The notes under the pieces were generated by a model, which saw nothing but the letters and a program-made list of their open reading frames with translations, did no database searches and was not told the origin of the DNA. A stretch of 64,000 bases of DNA, from NCBI GenBank assembly GCA_023205875.1, contig CP060759.1:310001-374000 (forward strand), written 5' to 3'. This document shows positions 49,514-60,295 of the stretch, piece by piece. Each line of letters starts with the position of its first letter. The stretch's first letter is position 1. The translations under genes were made by a program, and so were the position numbers. The stretch is from Chloropicon primus. Taxonomy: Eukaryota.

Positions 49514-51856
49514 ATGGTGCGGAGGACGGGGAAGAGGAAGGAGGCGAGTGACGCGGTGGAGCAGGAGGAGGTGAACGTGAGGGCGGTGGAGCGGTCTCCG
49601 TCGATATCGTCGTCCGTTGAGGAGGAGGAGGAGAGCAGTGAGGAGAGTGAGATTGAGGTGGGGATCGACTCGGGGAGTGACGAGGAGGACAGGAGCGAGG
49701 ACACGAGGCAGGAGGTGGGGAGTGGGGAGGAGGATGAGGAGGACAAGCCGAGGCGAAGCTGGGCGGCGGTGATGGACTCGGACTCCGAGGAGGAGGGTTC
49801 TGGGAGCGAGGAGGACACCAGCGGCGGGGAGGAGGAGGAGTTCGGGACGGACGAGGACGAGAACGAGGACGAGGAGGACGAGGAGGAAGACCTTGCGAGT
49901 GACTCGTCCGAGGAGGAGCGAGAGAACGTGAATACCATTGGCGAAAACATTCCCCTCAAGTGGTACGAGCACGAGAGGCACATTGGTTACGACGTGGAAG
50001 GCAAGCGCCTCCAGAAGCAGACGGGGGAGAACAAGGCGTCGACGATGGACTTCTTTCTCGATAAGCAGGACGGCACTTTGGGGTCCAAATCGAACAAGGT
50101 GTGGGACGAGTACAACCAGAGAATGGTGGAGCTCACCAAGGAGGAGATGAAGGCGATCAGAAGGATCAGGAAGGGCATGTTTCCCCACCTCAGCGTGGAT
50201 CCCTTCCCGGACTTGGTGCCCTGGGCGACCAAGGACAAGCTCCACGAGCCCATGGTGGACCTTCCAGAACCCAAGTCCAGGTTCCTTCCTTCCAAGTGGG
50301 AGGCTGCAAAGGTCGTGAAGCTGGTCAGGGCAATGAGAAAGGGCTGGATCAAGCCGCCAAGCGAGCTAGAGAAGGAGAGGAAGGAGAAGGAGGAGGAGAG
50401 CAACAAGGTCTACATGTTGTGGTCCGACGACAACAAGGAGGCGTCTTGGAAGGCTGCGAATGGCTTGTCCTACGTGCCCGCAACGAAATTCAAGCTGCCG
50501 GGGCACGCGGGAAGCTACAACCCGCCCAAGGAGTACTTGGAGGACGAGAACGAGGACGACAAAGACATGCAGATCTCCTCGAAACAGTCGTTTGATTGTT
50601 TGAGAAAGGTGCCGGCGTACGACAAGTTCGTGAACGAGCAGTTTGAGAGGTGTCTGGACCTGTACCTCTGCCCAAGAATGAGGAGCAGAAAGGGAAACAG
50701 GACCGCCGAAAACTTGCAGCGGAGAATGGCGGAGCAGAAGGCCAAGCTTCCCAAGCCAAGTGAGCTCAAACCCTACCCGAGGAAGCTTGCGATGGAGTAC
50801 GAGCACGACGGGGACCAGGTCTGCGTGAACTCTGTCTGCGTCGATCCAAGCGGACGTTGGCTTGCAACAGCCGCGGATGATGGCGTCGTGAGGGTCTTTG
50901 AGGTGGCCACGACCCGGTGTGTCAGAAAGTGGGTCCTCCCAGCGAGCGAAAAGAGGGAGAGGAAAGTCACTTCCATCTCCTGGTGCCCGAACGGCAAGGA
51001 CGTGCTTGTGGCCGTGAGGGGGCACCAGATTTTCGCCCTGCCCATCCTGATGGCGGGAAGCCAGTCCTCTTCAGGCCAGGTGCTGATAAACCAGAGCTTG
51101 GCGCTGCTGGCGGGCAAGGAAACCAACCCCAAGGCCAAGTGGTCGAAGACTCAAGTGAAAGAAAACCTGAAGGGCGGCGCGCACGACAGCGTATGCATTG
51201 ACTTGGGCAAGAAGGCGTCCCAGTGCTCTTGGCACCACAAGGGCGATTACTTTGCGACCGTTTGCCCGAGTGGCAACAACATGGCGGTCCTCGTGCACCA
51301 ATTGTCCAAGTGCGCAACGCAGACCCCGTTCAACAAAAGCAAGGGCAACAAGATCGTGAGCTGCGAGTTCCATCCCTCCAAGCCGGTGCTCTTCGTGGCG
51401 AGCGAGAACCACGTGAGGGCCTTTCACCTCGTGAAGCAGGAGCTCGTGGCCAAACTTGTCAGCGGCTCCGGCTCGATCATCTCGATGGCGGTTCATCCTT
51501 TGGGCGACAACATTATTGTGGGAACCACCGCCGAGAGGGTGGAGTGGTTCGACTTGGACTTGTCCGGAAAGGCGTACAAGGTGATACGAAACCATTCCAA
51601 CACCGTGCAGGACGTCGCATTCCATGGCCACTACCCGCTCTTTGCGTCGGCGAGCGACGACGGGCAGGTGCATATCTTCCACGGTATGGTCTACAATGAT
51701 TTCGAGACGAACCCTCTGATCGTTCCAGTTAAGATTTTGAAGAACGCCCACCACGTGACGGGCCACTTGGGTGCGCAAAGCTGTTGCTTCCACCCACAGC
51801 AGCCTTGGATATTCACCGCGGGCGCGGACGGGAAGGTCAAGCTTTATGTCAACTGA
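49514..51856 (+). CDS. BOP1: Ribosome biogenesis protein BOP1/Erb1
   Basis: NTIGENIPLKWY...HIGYD, EPKSRFLPSKWE, LPGHAGSYNPPKEYL, ERCLDLYLCPR, C-terminal WD40 repeats. Confidence 0.95.
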   Translation: MVRRTGKRKEASDAVEQEEVNVRAVERSPSISSSVEEEEESSEESEIEVGIDSGSDEEDRSEDTRQEVGSGEEDEEDKPRRSWAAVMDSDSEEEGSGSEEDTSGGEEEEFGTDEDENEDEEDEEEDLASDSSEEERENVNTIGENIPLKWYEHERHIGYDVEGKRLQKQTGENKASTMDFFLDKQDGTLGSKSNKVWDEYNQRMVELTKEEMKAIRRIRKGMFPHLSVDPFPDLVPWATKDKLHEPMVDLPEPKSRFLPSKWEAAKVVKLVRAMRKGWIKPPSELEKERKEKEEESNKVYMLWSDDNKEASWKAANGLSYVPATKFKLPGHAGSYNPPKEYLEDENEDDKDMQISSKQSFDCLRKVPAYDKFVNEQFERCLDLYLCPRMRSRKGNRTAENLQRRMAEQKAKLPKPSELKPYPRKLAMEYEHDGDQVCVNSVCVDPSGRWLATAADDGVVRVFEVATTRCVRKWVLPASEKRERKVTSISWCPNGKDVLVAVRGHQIFALPILMAGSQSSSGQVLINQSLALLAGKETNPKAKWSKTQVKENLKGGAHDSVCIDLGKKASQCSWHHKGDYFATVCPSGNNMAVLVHQLSKCATQTPFNKSKGNKIVSCEFHPSKPVLFVASENHVRAFHLVKQELVAKLVSGSGSIISMAVHPLGDNIIVGTTAERVEWFDLDLSGKAYKVIRNHSNTVQDVAFHGHYPLFASASDDGQVHIFHGMVYNDFETNPLIVPVKILKNAHHVTGHLGAQSCCFHPQQPWIFTAGADGKVKLYVN

Positions 51857-51966
51857 TAATACTTTGTTGTTAAGTTGCTCACTCTGAAATATTTGCTTAA
51901 ATGGTTATACCACGAGGAACGCTCCTTTTTTTTGCAGGGGGTGGAGGGCGGCGAGGTCCGCACGGA

Positions 51967-52755
51967 TTACATCTTCGCTTTGGATGGCTTGGAGAGCCCC
52001 TTGAGGTACTTTTCCATCAGTCCTATGATCTTTGGACTGGACAGTATCTGCCAAGTCTCCGTCGCCTCCTCCTCGCAAAAGTCGTCCAACTCCTGTGCGA
52101 GCTCTTCCTTCAAAAATTTCTTCGTCGTCGCGACCCCGAAGCTTGGGATCTGGACCCACTTTGCGACCACAGCCTCCGCGGTCGCCAGGAGGTTCTCTTC
52201 TGGGACGACCTGGTTCACCAACCCCACAGCCAGAGCGTCTTTGGGCTTGAACATCTTTCCTGTCATGAGAGCCGTCTGCGCGTGGCGTGCTCCTATGAGT
52301 CTCTCCATCTGCTTGCACCACAGCTTCGGGACAGGGAGCCCGATGAGAACCTCGTTCAGGCCGATGTAACCCTTCTCTGTCATGATCCTGTAATCGCACC
52401 CGAGGGCAGTGATGCAACCGCCAGCGGGACAGGCTCCCTTAATCGCAGCAACCGTCACAAGGCTCGTGCGGTTCAAGTGGGCGAGGAAGTGAGTCTGAGC
52501 GCGCCAAAAGTCCGTGAACCGCGTCTTGCTCGTCGCCTTCGCGTAAAGCTCCTTCAAATCATTCCCCGCGGTGAAGATGCTTCTCTTCAATCCACTCGCG
52601 AGCACCAAGCCCTTGATGTCGACGTCTTGCTCAATCTCGTACAAGCACTTGTCAAGCTCGCTCCAAAGGTCAAGGTTCATGGAGTTCACTGGCTCCTTGC
52701 ATATCCGCACGATGGCGTACGCCCCCTTGCGCTCGATCTGGAGGTACCTGTACAT
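51967..52755 (-). CDS. ECI1: Enoyl-CoA delta isomerase (crotonase superfamily)
   Basis: EPVNSM, FTAGNDLKEL, AIKGACPAGGC, CDYRIM, IGLNEV; C-terminal AKM may be a PTS1. Confidence 0.85.
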   Translation of the reverse strand: MYRYLQIERKGAYAIVRICKEPVNSMNLDLWSELDKCLYEIEQDVDIKGLVLASGLKRSIFTAGNDLKELYAKATSKTRFTDFWRAQTHFLAHLNRTSLVTVAAIKGACPAGGCITALGCDYRIMTEKGYIGLNEVLIGLPVPKLWCKQMERLIGARHAQTALMTGKMFKPKDALAVGLVNQVVPEENLLATAEAVVAKWVQIPSFGVATTKKFLKEELAQELDDFCEEEATETWQILSSPKIIGLMEKYLKGLSKPSKAKM

Positions 52756-53052
52756 GGCTTCCCTTCTCCTTCTCTCTCTCTTCCCTCGGTCAGGCTGGCT
52801 TCTCTTTTCGGATGTTTTGAATATCTAGGAGGGAGAACGGAGGGAGACGGACGGAGGGCGAGTTTCATTGAACCTTGAAGAATGGAAGAGTGAGGTTCAT
52901 GACAGGTGGGCCTTGTCTGAGAGTTATACACGATCCGCCGATCGGCGATATTGTTGGTGACCCCTCGCCTGCGCAAACATAGAGCAATTCTCATAACGTC
53001 CCCCCAAAAGGTGGATCCTGATGTTTTCGAAGGGTGACCCCAAAGCTCGTGA

Positions 53053-55077
53053 TCAGTTTCTGGGTGGCGGGGGCGGAGGGCGCCTCCTTGGGGGAGGGCG
53101 TCTCCTCGGTGCCACGGTCCCCCCGTTTGCCCCGGGAGGGGGGGACTTTGCGCTCTCCGCCTTGGACGGCGCCGCGGGGCCGGGCGCGGGGTGGTTCCTC
53201 AGCGCGTCCGGTGTGTAAGGGCCCACAGACATGCGCCGATCGCCGCTCGGGGACCCGACCTGGTCAAGCACATCCGTCATGCCGGCCAGTTCCAACAGGT
53301 ACACGGGAACTGGGCAAGTCTCCTTCTCATCCAGGAGTCCAGAGACCGAGCTGATGAGGCCGCCGCAAATCTGAAGCCCGGTCTCGAGGTCCCTCTTGCC
53401 GTTTATCAGGGCCGCTCTCTTCTGGGTTACCTCGCTTCCCTCAAAGGTCATCGACTCGAGCTGCTGGCTGGACAGCTCGTTGACATCCGCGTACAGATAC
53501 TCCAGCATCTCGGTCTCCGCTCGCTTCACCTGGCAGTGAACGATGGCCTTTGGGATCGTTCTGCACAGCGATTCCAGCACCATCTGAGTGTACAAGCCCA
53601 GGTCGTTCCCAAGGACGTTGTAAAATTCGCTGTCCATTCCCTGCTTCCCCTTGAGCGACTGCTTGAAGTACGCGCTGAAGGGGGAGCCTCTCTTTTTCTG
53701 GCCGCCCTCCTCGCTGAGCATGTCGCCCCACACGCTCTTGATCGGGCTCATCTCGTGCACGGAGGCGGTCCTCTTGGCACCTCCCCCGCTCGGCGGGGCC
53801 GGTTGCTGGACGGCGGAAGAAGGCGTGCTGTTCCTCCGCGGGGTTGCCCCGGTTTTCGCGACGACGGACTGCCTCAAACGAGCGAGCCACTCGTACTTTG
53901 ACGCGGCGTTCTCGCACCTGAGGATCACCCTCTCGTGGTCCTTCAAGATGGGCCTGCCCGCGACCACGGAGGAGAGACAGATGAGGAGGGAGAAGGAGGA
54001 CCCGTTCGCCCCGTTCCTGTTTAGGGTCTTGAACACGTGCTTCGAGTCCTTCTCCGCGCCCAGGTCGTCCACCACGCACTGCGTCATGTCGATGACCCCC
54101 CGGTACTGGGGCAGCTCGTCGGGGTCCTTGAAATAATAAAGCTTGCTCTTCACCTCGCTCAGCACGAACCAGCGCTTCTGCCACTTCCAGGACTCCACCG
54201 GTATCATCCCGTGGCTGTCGCTGTTTTTCTCCAGGTACCCCATCATGTAGTCCTTTGCGTTGCCCCCCATGGCGCTGACCCCGCGCAGGGACTCCTCCGT
54301 CATCTGAACCGGCGTCTCCGGCTCGTCCCCCGAGTCCTCCATCTCAGCCACCGCCCTGCTCTCCGCCAGCCTCCTGAAGAACTGGGACGTGATGTAGTCC
54401 CCCTCCATGCTCACCAGTTTCGTGGTCATGTCCTTGGCCTCCTCGCTCCAGTTGTCGATGGCCTTCTCGCAGATCTCCAGCAGCATCTGCTGGGACGTCG
54501 GCCTCAGGGACCGCGTCTCCTCCGCGAAGGTGTGCTTGGACAGGTCCTGCGCAGAGTTCTGGATGGTCGTGATCAGCGTGAGCTTGACGTCCTCCACGCA
54601 CCTCTCCGCCGGCGCGAGCACGTACCCCATGGCCTCCCTCACGAGGAGCTTCAGCCCCTTCTCCGGGGACACGAGGTAGGGCTGGTACCCGTCCGCCTGC
54701 CTGCAGATCTGCCTCACGTACGTCTCGTTGAAGAAGGTGTCCAGGTTGAGCCTCTGGATGTTCTCGCGCAGGCCGTACTGCCCGAGGAAAGCCTCCCGGA
54801 TCATCGTCGTCGTGCGCGTCTCGTTCAGCTTCTTCCTGAAGACCGAGTCGAACACCCTGCACTGGTTGAAGATGGCGTGGGTCGTGCTCTTGGGCTGGAA
54901 CCCAACCCGCTTCAACTCGTCCCCCACCTTCTTCTCCTTGGTCTCGAGCGAGTGCCTGATCCTCGGGAGGAGGCCCGCGGCCACGTTCACCCGCTTCTCC
55001 AGAACCTCCGGGGCCCACTGGTGGTCTGCGCGGGACGTCGTCGCCGAAGACGTGGGCGAGCCAGCAGAGAGCATCAT
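53053..55077 (-). CDS. Dynamin-like (DRP2-type) protein with middle, PH, GED and proline-rich domains; no GTPase domain visible
   Basis: ADGYQPYLVSPEKGL (middle), GYLEK...WQKRWFVL...YFK (PH), IPKAIVHCQVKRA (GED), RRPPPRRRPPPPPP tail. Confidence 0.85.
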   Translation of the reverse strand: MMLSAGSPTSSATTSRADHQWAPEVLEKRVNVAAGLLPRIRHSLETKEKKVGDELKRVGFQPKSTTHAIFNQCRVFDSVFRKKLNETRTTTMIREAFLGQYGLRENIQRLNLDTFFNETYVRQICRQADGYQPYLVSPEKGLKLLVREAMGYVLAPAERCVEDVKLTLITTIQNSAQDLSKHTFAEETRSLRPTSQQMLLEICEKAIDNWSEEAKDMTTKLVSMEGDYITSQFFRRLAESRAVAEMEDSGDEPETPVQMTEESLRGVSAMGGNAKDYMMGYLEKNSDSHGMIPVESWKWQKRWFVLSEVKSKLYYFKDPDELPQYRGVIDMTQCVVDDLGAEKDSKHVFKTLNRNGANGSSFSLLICLSSVVAGRPILKDHERVILRCENAASKYEWLARLRQSVVAKTGATPRRNSTPSSAVQQPAPPSGGGAKRTASVHEMSPIKSVWGDMLSEEGGQKKRGSPFSAYFKQSLKGKQGMDSEFYNVLGNDLGLYTQMVLESLCRTIPKAIVHCQVKRAETEMLEYLYADVNELSSQQLESMTFEGSEVTQKRAALINGKRDLETGLQICGGLISSVSGLLDEKETCPVPVYLLELAGMTDVLDQVGSPSGDRRMSVGPYTPDALRNHPAPGPAAPSKAESAKSPPPGANGGTVAPRRRPPPRRRPPPPPPRN

Positions 55078-55388
55078 GATGCCAAACCCGAGCTTCCGTT
55101 CCCTTCCCTTTCACGGAGAGAGAGAGAGAGAGAGCTAGCTAGCTAGCTTCCCGAAGCCGTTCACGCGTGAAAAAAAAAAATAGAGAAGAGGCGTGCGTGC
55201 GCGAGTGCTCCAGTGCTAGAAGACGCGGCGAAGGCGGCGAGAAGTACCAGAAGAAGAGGCAGACCACCCCACCCTAATGTCGGTCGTCGCCGCGGCCCAA
55301 AAAACACGTACGTTACGGTTTAACGCTCGTCTCGGGGTCTGTTTTTCTGTGTACACTCAATGTGGACGTGTGCACCTCGCCGCCGCAA

Positions 55389-55398
55389 TTTAGGGTTT
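55389..55398. promoter_or_regulatory. Telo-box-like motif TTTAGGGTTT in the dynamin-like/SEC24 divergent intergenic region
   Basis: Exact reverse complement of the plant telo-box AAACCCTAAA; function unproven. Confidence 0.35.
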
Positions 55399-55540
55399 TC
55401 CGAAAAAACTCGAAAAGGAGAGAAGGCAGAAGAAGGCGCGGAGTGTGTGTTGTGTGGGTGTTTGTCAGTCCCCGCCCCGCGACGCGACGCGACGGGAGAG
55501 TGAGTGACGGGACTGGGGTTCGATCCACCATCAGTGCATC

Positions 55541-56009
55541 ATGGCGGGAAGGCCGCCACAGTATCAGCAGGGGTACCAGCCAGGTAAGGTTTTCGTGCCC
55601 GTGTGGGTTTGTTTGCATCACGGAAAAGAAGGGATACGGCTCGTGCCCGTCGCGTATCCGAAAGCCCTCCGTCGGCGCTCGAGGGGGAGGGGATCGTGGT
55701 GAAGATGGAGGTTGTCGGGTACTCGCGTGGCTTCGTGGCCTTGGTCGCCTCCGGCCTCTTGAGAACGTGATGCCAAGAGTGTCGTCGATCTACTTTTCAC
55801 TTTGTTTTGTTTTGTGTTGAGCTGTGCTAAGAGCGAGGGCTAACGTGAGGCGCGCTTCCTTCTTTTCTCGCTCCCTTTTTTCTTGCGGTTGTCGGATTTT
55901 TTTGCTTGAAATTGCGTCCTCCAGGGCGACCTCCGGCTCCAGGAATGCAGCCCGGTCCACCAGGACCTCCTTTGGGAAACGGTATCCCCCCCCAAGGTAA
56001 GGGAGAGAA

Positions 56010-56042
<33 letters not shown>

Positions 56043-59000
56043 AAGAAAGAAAGAGAGAGAGAGAGAGGCACTGCTCGTTTCGTATGATTTCCGTCCTCGG
56101 CTCGCTGTGGTGCCGCGGGGTCTCGCTCCCTCGGCGGAAAATGCGTTCGGGAAACTGACACGGCGCTTCGTTCCTCGTGCTCTGTCAAGGCCCCCCAGGA
56201 GCCTTTAGGCCTCCGCAAGGTGGGCAACCAATGCCAAGAGGGCCAGCGATGATGCGCCCTCCGATGCCTCAGGGTGGCGTTGGCGCGCCAAGGCCGGGCA
56301 TGGGCGGTCCCCTCCCTCCGGGGCCGGGCATGCAACCGCCGCAGCAGTTTCAGAGGCCCCCCCCTCCGACGGGAATGGGGGCGCAGGGTTTGAACGGAGG
56401 CGTGTCGTCCGCGCCGCAGGCGGTTCCCATGATGGGAAAGCCGCCGGGCGCTCCTGGCCCCGGAGGAATGGGGCCCGGAGCCGCCAGCAGGCCTCCGCCA
56501 GGGGGAGCCCCCCTGTCGAGACCTCCGGTGCCGCAGCAGGCCGGCGCCCCGGTGCCTCCGAGGCCCGTGGGGCAGGTGGGAGGCTTCCAGCCCCCCACGG
56601 GCGGAGCTCCCCCGCCGGCCATGGGCATGCAGAGAGGCCCACCAGGCCCCGGGCAGGCGCCTGCCCCCCAGGGATTCAACCAGGGGCCGGCCCCTGGCAA
56701 CTTTGCGCCTCCTGGCCAACCTCCTCCACCCGCTTTCGGGGGCGCGGCTGGCGGGTACGGCGGCCAGGCGGGACGCGGTGGAACGGAAGCTATCCTTGGG
56801 CAGTTCCAGTCCCTCACTATGTCGGCCGGTCCAGTGGCACCTGGGCAGCCAGCTGACGTGGGCGTGGACGCCGCGAGCTTTCCTCGGCCTGTGGGGCCAG
56901 ATGCGGAGAACATGCTGACGCCACAAGTCCAGAGGGACCAGTACAGCGCGGATCCAAAGTTCGTCAGGCTGGCGACCAATGCGATCCCGAACTCTGTGGA
57001 GCTGAAAAAGCAGTGGTGCCTTCCGTCTGCTGCGGTCATCCAACCTCTTGCGGGCATGAAGCAGCCCGTCCCAGTCGTGAACTTTGGGGCCGCGGGGATC
57101 ATCCGCTGCAGGCAGTGCAGAACATACGTCAACCCTTTCGTCCAGTTTGTGGACGGCGGAAGAAGGTGGAAGTGCAACGTTTGTGGCGCGTTCAACGAGG
57201 TGCCAGTTGAGTACTTTTGCACGACCGATGGAAACGGCATTCGCCGTGACATCAACGAGAGGCCCGAGCTCAACTGTGGCTCGGTGGAATACCTTGCTCC
57301 TGAGGAGTACATGGTCCGCCCCCCAATGCCACCCACGTACGTGTTCGCTTTTGACGTGTCCTACCCGGCTATTGCGAGCGGACTCCTGGCATCTGCGATC
57401 GATGCCGTCAAGTCTTGCCTGGATTCTCTTCCAGGGGCAGAGAGAACTCAGGTCGGAATCCTGACCTATGACAGCAATGTACACTTTTACAACATGAGGG
57501 CCGACCAGTCGTCCCCGCAGATGCTGGTGATTCCGGATGCCACGCATCCATACCTTCCTCAGCCAGAGGACCTGCTTGTGAACCTTCAAGAGTGCCGCCA
57601 CCAAATAGACGCTGCTTTGGACGTCATCTCCAAGGCTTTCGGGAAGACGCAGGACGTCGAGGGCTGCCTTAGCGGGGCCATTCAGGCGACATATCTCGTC
57701 ATGCAGCACGTCGGCGGAAAGATGGTCTGCTTCCAGTCCTCTGTTCCTTCCTCCGGGGAGGGCAAGCTGAGACCAAAGGAGGACCTGGCCTCTTACAACA
57801 CGGAGAGGGAGTACAAGCTGAGGAAAGCGGAAGATCCCTTCTTCAAGCGCTTTGGAGGGGAGTGCAACAGGATTCAGATGTGCATCGACATCTTCTGCTG
57901 CCCTCCAAAGTTCACGGACGTGGCCTCCCTGTCCGTCTTTAGCTCTACGACGGGCGGTCAGTTCTACTTTTACCCTGCCTTCTTTGCCCGAAAGGATGGC
58001 ATGAAGTTGAAGGCCGAAGTGACTAGGAACTTGACGAGAGAGACTGGGTGGGAAGCTGTTATGAGGGTTCGGATGGGCAAGGGTTTGAAGTGCACGAACT
58101 TCCACGGGCATTTCATGATACGGTCAAACGATTTGATGGCGTTGCCAACTGTGGATCCGGACAAGTCCATGCATGTTGACATTGGCTACGAGGACCAGAT
58201 GGTTCCTCACCAGACAACATACCTCCAGTGCGCCCTGCTGTACACAACTTCACTCGGGGAAAGGAGAATCAGGGTTCACACGACTGCGATACCGGTGGTG
58301 TCTGATATCGGGCAATTATTTAAGGCATGCGACAGTTGTGCGATTGGAACTGTTTTGGCCAAGTTGGCCGCAGAGAAAATCCGCTCCACTACAATTAAGG
58401 AGACGGTCCACATCCTGAACAAGAAGGTCATCGACATCCTGAAGGAGTACAGGCAGCTCTACTCGACGCACTTGCATCCGCACAACAAGCTCATACTTCC
58501 GGAGACGATGAAGATGCTCCCCCTTCTGATGCTGTGCATGCAGAAGAGTGCGCTGCTCAAGAGTCCAAACGAGGTCACCACGGACGAGAGGTCGAACACC
58601 ATCTTCCAGATCTTGTCCATGCCGTTTGACAACGTCATGAAGTTCTTCTACCCCAGAATGTACCCCCTGCACGACCTTAACCAGATCGTGGTAGAGAAGG
58701 AAGGGTCCGTGAAGCTGCCGCAGACCATGCCCCTGACTTTGAACAACATCAAGGACAGCGGCATTTACCTGCTGGACAACGGCATGGCGTGCTACATCTG
58801 GATCGGAAGGGGCATCTCCCCACAGTGGCTCGTGGACGTGTTTGGGCTCCAGAACCCTTCGCCACAGGACCTGATGAACCTGCAAGTTGGCTCCGCGCTC
58901 GAGAATCCTACGAGTCAGAAGGTCATCGCCGCTGTGAACAGCGTCAGGAAAGACAACATGTACTACCAGCATTGTTACGTGGTGCGCCAAGGCGACCCCG

Positions 59001-59104
59001 CGGAGGCCATGATTCTTCCATGGCTCGTGGAAGACAAGTTCCAGACTTCATACTCGTACACGAACTACTTGGGATACATCCACAAGGGTGTCTTGACAAG
59101 ATAA
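55541..59104 (+). CDS. SEC24: COPII coat subunit Sec24 (SEC24A-like); 3 exons
   Basis: Introns 55584-55924 and 55997-56189; P/G/Q-rich N-terminus, zinc finger IRCRQCRTYVNPF...WKCNVC, RPEL..GSVEY, ETGWEAVMRVR, gelsolin-like end. Confidence 0.95.
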
Positions 59105-59202
59105 TATAATTGTGTTTAATTTGTGTGAAATTCTAATACGTTCTATACAAAAGAAAGTTTGTTTTACAAAACAACAAGCTTTGGGTCAGCCTGCCCGTCT
59201 CC

Positions 59203-59781
59203 TCACTCCTTGCAGGGCAGGGCGAAAGGAGCTCCGGCTTCCACCGTCCTGATGGCCCCGTACGGCGCTCTGCAGAGCTGGTGCTTCTCCCTCCCGTGGT
59301 ACCAGTAAAAGTCGCTGCAGGTGTGGGTGGAGTACGTCAGCACGATCTTCTTCTGCTCGCTCCGGAAGGCGACCCCCCTCGGCGTGTGCGACACGTCCTT
59401 GGCCCCCGCGAAGCTGACCGAGCTGAAGAAGCTGCTCGGCTGCTTCCTCGGGATGCCGTCCCTCTCCAGGTTGAACGTCTCGTCGATGATCGAGTAGCAC
59501 ATCCCCGGCACGCAGTTCGTCAGCTCCAGCGTGCAGTTCTCTTCCCCGAAGCTCATTTTCAGCACCCCCGCTCCCTCGTTCTCTCCCTTCTCCTCCCCGA
59601 GCACGCTCTCTATCTGGCAGTTCCTGTCCAGGAGGTCTTCCGTCTTGACCGCCCTCAGCGTGCACGCGCTCGAGGCCCTCCTGTCTGGGAACTTGGACGC
59701 TTCCGCCATTGCCGCCACCGTCACTGCCACCACGGCCACCGCCCAAAGGCGCCACCTTGGGTCCCCCATCCTCCAGTTCAT
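59203..59781 (-). CDS. Small cysteine-containing, probably secreted hypothetical protein
   Basis: 192-aa ORF with hydrophobic N-terminal segment and 8 Cys; TGTAA downstream on the minus strand (TTACA ~59164). Confidence 0.55.
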   Translation of the reverse strand: MNWRMGDPRWRLWAVAVVAVTVAAMAEASKFPDRRASSACTLRAVKTEDLLDRNCQIESVLGEEKGENEGAGVLKMSFGEENCTLELTNCVPGMCYSIIDETFNLERDGIPRKQPSSFFSSVSFAGAKDVSHTPRGVAFRSEQKKIVLTYSTHTCSDFYWYHGREKHQLCRAPYGAIRTVEAGAPFALPCKE

Positions 59782-60058
59782 TGGCCTCTTCTCGCGCGCC
59801 TTTCCCTTTCAAAAGCCTGTCCCCCCAAGAAGCAGAGAAGCAGGAAGAGTAAACTCTTGGAGAGGAAGAAGAATAACTCGAGCGGGGTGAAGGAGAGGGA
59901 GGAGGAAGGAGGGAGGAGGAGGATCACTTCCACTTCCTTTCTTCTTCTCTTCTTATCCTCTTTGATGCATGTCTTCCTTCTCCATGTTCAACGAAAGACG
60001 AAAGAAAAAACCTAACCCTAAACCTCTTCTCCTCCCTCGTCCTCGTCCCCTCCCCGTC

Positions 60059-60059
<1 letters not shown>

Positions 60060-60092
<33 letters not shown>
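60060..60092. repeat. Poly(T)33 tract in the divergent promoter region upstream of the DEAD-box helicase
   Basis: Read directly from the sequence. Confidence 0.9.
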
Positions 60093-60093
<1 letters not shown>

Positions 60094-60295
60094 TGTGTGT
60101 TGTGTTTTGTGTTTTAGTTAGGTGAATCTACTGGGATTTTTTTGCCGGGAAAAAAGAGGAAAAAAATTGGATGGCAGCGCGGGGAAGCGGCGAAAGCGGC
60201 GAGGCGAGGGTGCGTTGGGCGAGGGAGAGGAGGGAGGGGTGAAGGCGAGGAGGGGAAGGGGGAGGAGAGAGGGAGAGAGGAGGGAGGTGTTAGCG

